DNA of 13,766 nucleotides from a virus (Duplodnaviria; Heunggongvirae; Uroviricota; Caudoviricetes): IMG/VR virus record IMGVR_UViG_2585427710_000002, positions 1 to 13,766 of that record; one strand, 5' to 3'. Shown piece by piece: positions 13,554 to 13,766 of this stretch (position 1 is its first letter; each line of letters starts with the position of its first letter). The notes under the pieces were generated by a model. It saw only the letters and a program-made list of their open reading frames with translations, ran no database searches and was not told where the DNA came from. The position numbers and the translations under genes were made by a program.

Positions 13554-13766
13554 ATGAACGCAGTGCTCACAGAATTGAACAAATTAGGAAAAGCATCAGC
13601 CGAAAGTATTTCTAAAGGTCTCAATATTGATTTGAATGACGTTATTGACACTCTATGGAAGTTAAAAAACCAGGGGGTAGTAACTGTAAAAAATGGCATC
13701 TGGCAGGCAGTTGCAAGGGAAGTGGACAAAAAACCAAATATCGCCTCAGTGAACCGCCCCGGGTTT
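13554..13766 (+). CDS. hypothetical protein, N-terminal part (gene runs off the right edge)
   Basis: ATG 13554 preceded by AGGAG; open through the end of the window (MNAVLTELNKLGKASAESISKGLNIDLNDVIDTLWKLKNQGVV...); possibly a winged-helix type fold, unassigned. Confidence 0.55.
   Translation, partial: MNAVLTELNKLGKASAESISKGLNIDLNDVIDTLWKLKNQGVVTVKNGIWQAVAREVDKKPNIASVNRPGF

Noticed and set aside
13541..13729. 62-aa minus-strand ORF at the right end
   Set aside because: Antisense to the plus-strand gene starting at 13554, which has a strong Shine-Dalgarno; no start signal of its own.

Overview
This window reads as the immunity and early region of a lambdoid (lambda-like) prophage from an enterobacterial host, inverted relative to the conventional lambda map. 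The minus strand (about 5100 down to 1) carries the rightward operon: a YdaS/Cro-like cro, nutR, cII, replication genes O (with ori iterons inside it) and P, ren, then a nin-type region holding a Lar-like restriction-alleviation gene, ninB, a Dam-like N6-adenine methyltransferase and ninE. The plus strand carries a LexA-like (S24 peptidase) CI repressor (5209..5916) and, from 6386 onward, the leftward operon: oL/pL, nutL, an N-family antiterminator, an AT-rich unassigned cassette, then ea10, cIII, kil, gam, bet, exo, orf60a, orf63, an orf61-like gene and further accessory genes (TraR/DksA-like zinc finger, Ea22-like, DUF551-like). Replication and recombination proteins match lambda from memory, whereas cI, cro, N, the operators and the nut sites do not, so the element is a mosaic. 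All assignments come from reading the sequence and recalled protein families; no database search was run. The best candidates for something undescribed are the AT-rich cassette between N and ea10 (6916..8002) and the small divergent ORF between cI and pL (6069..6290). No tRNA, rRNA, CRISPR array, integrase or att site is visible.
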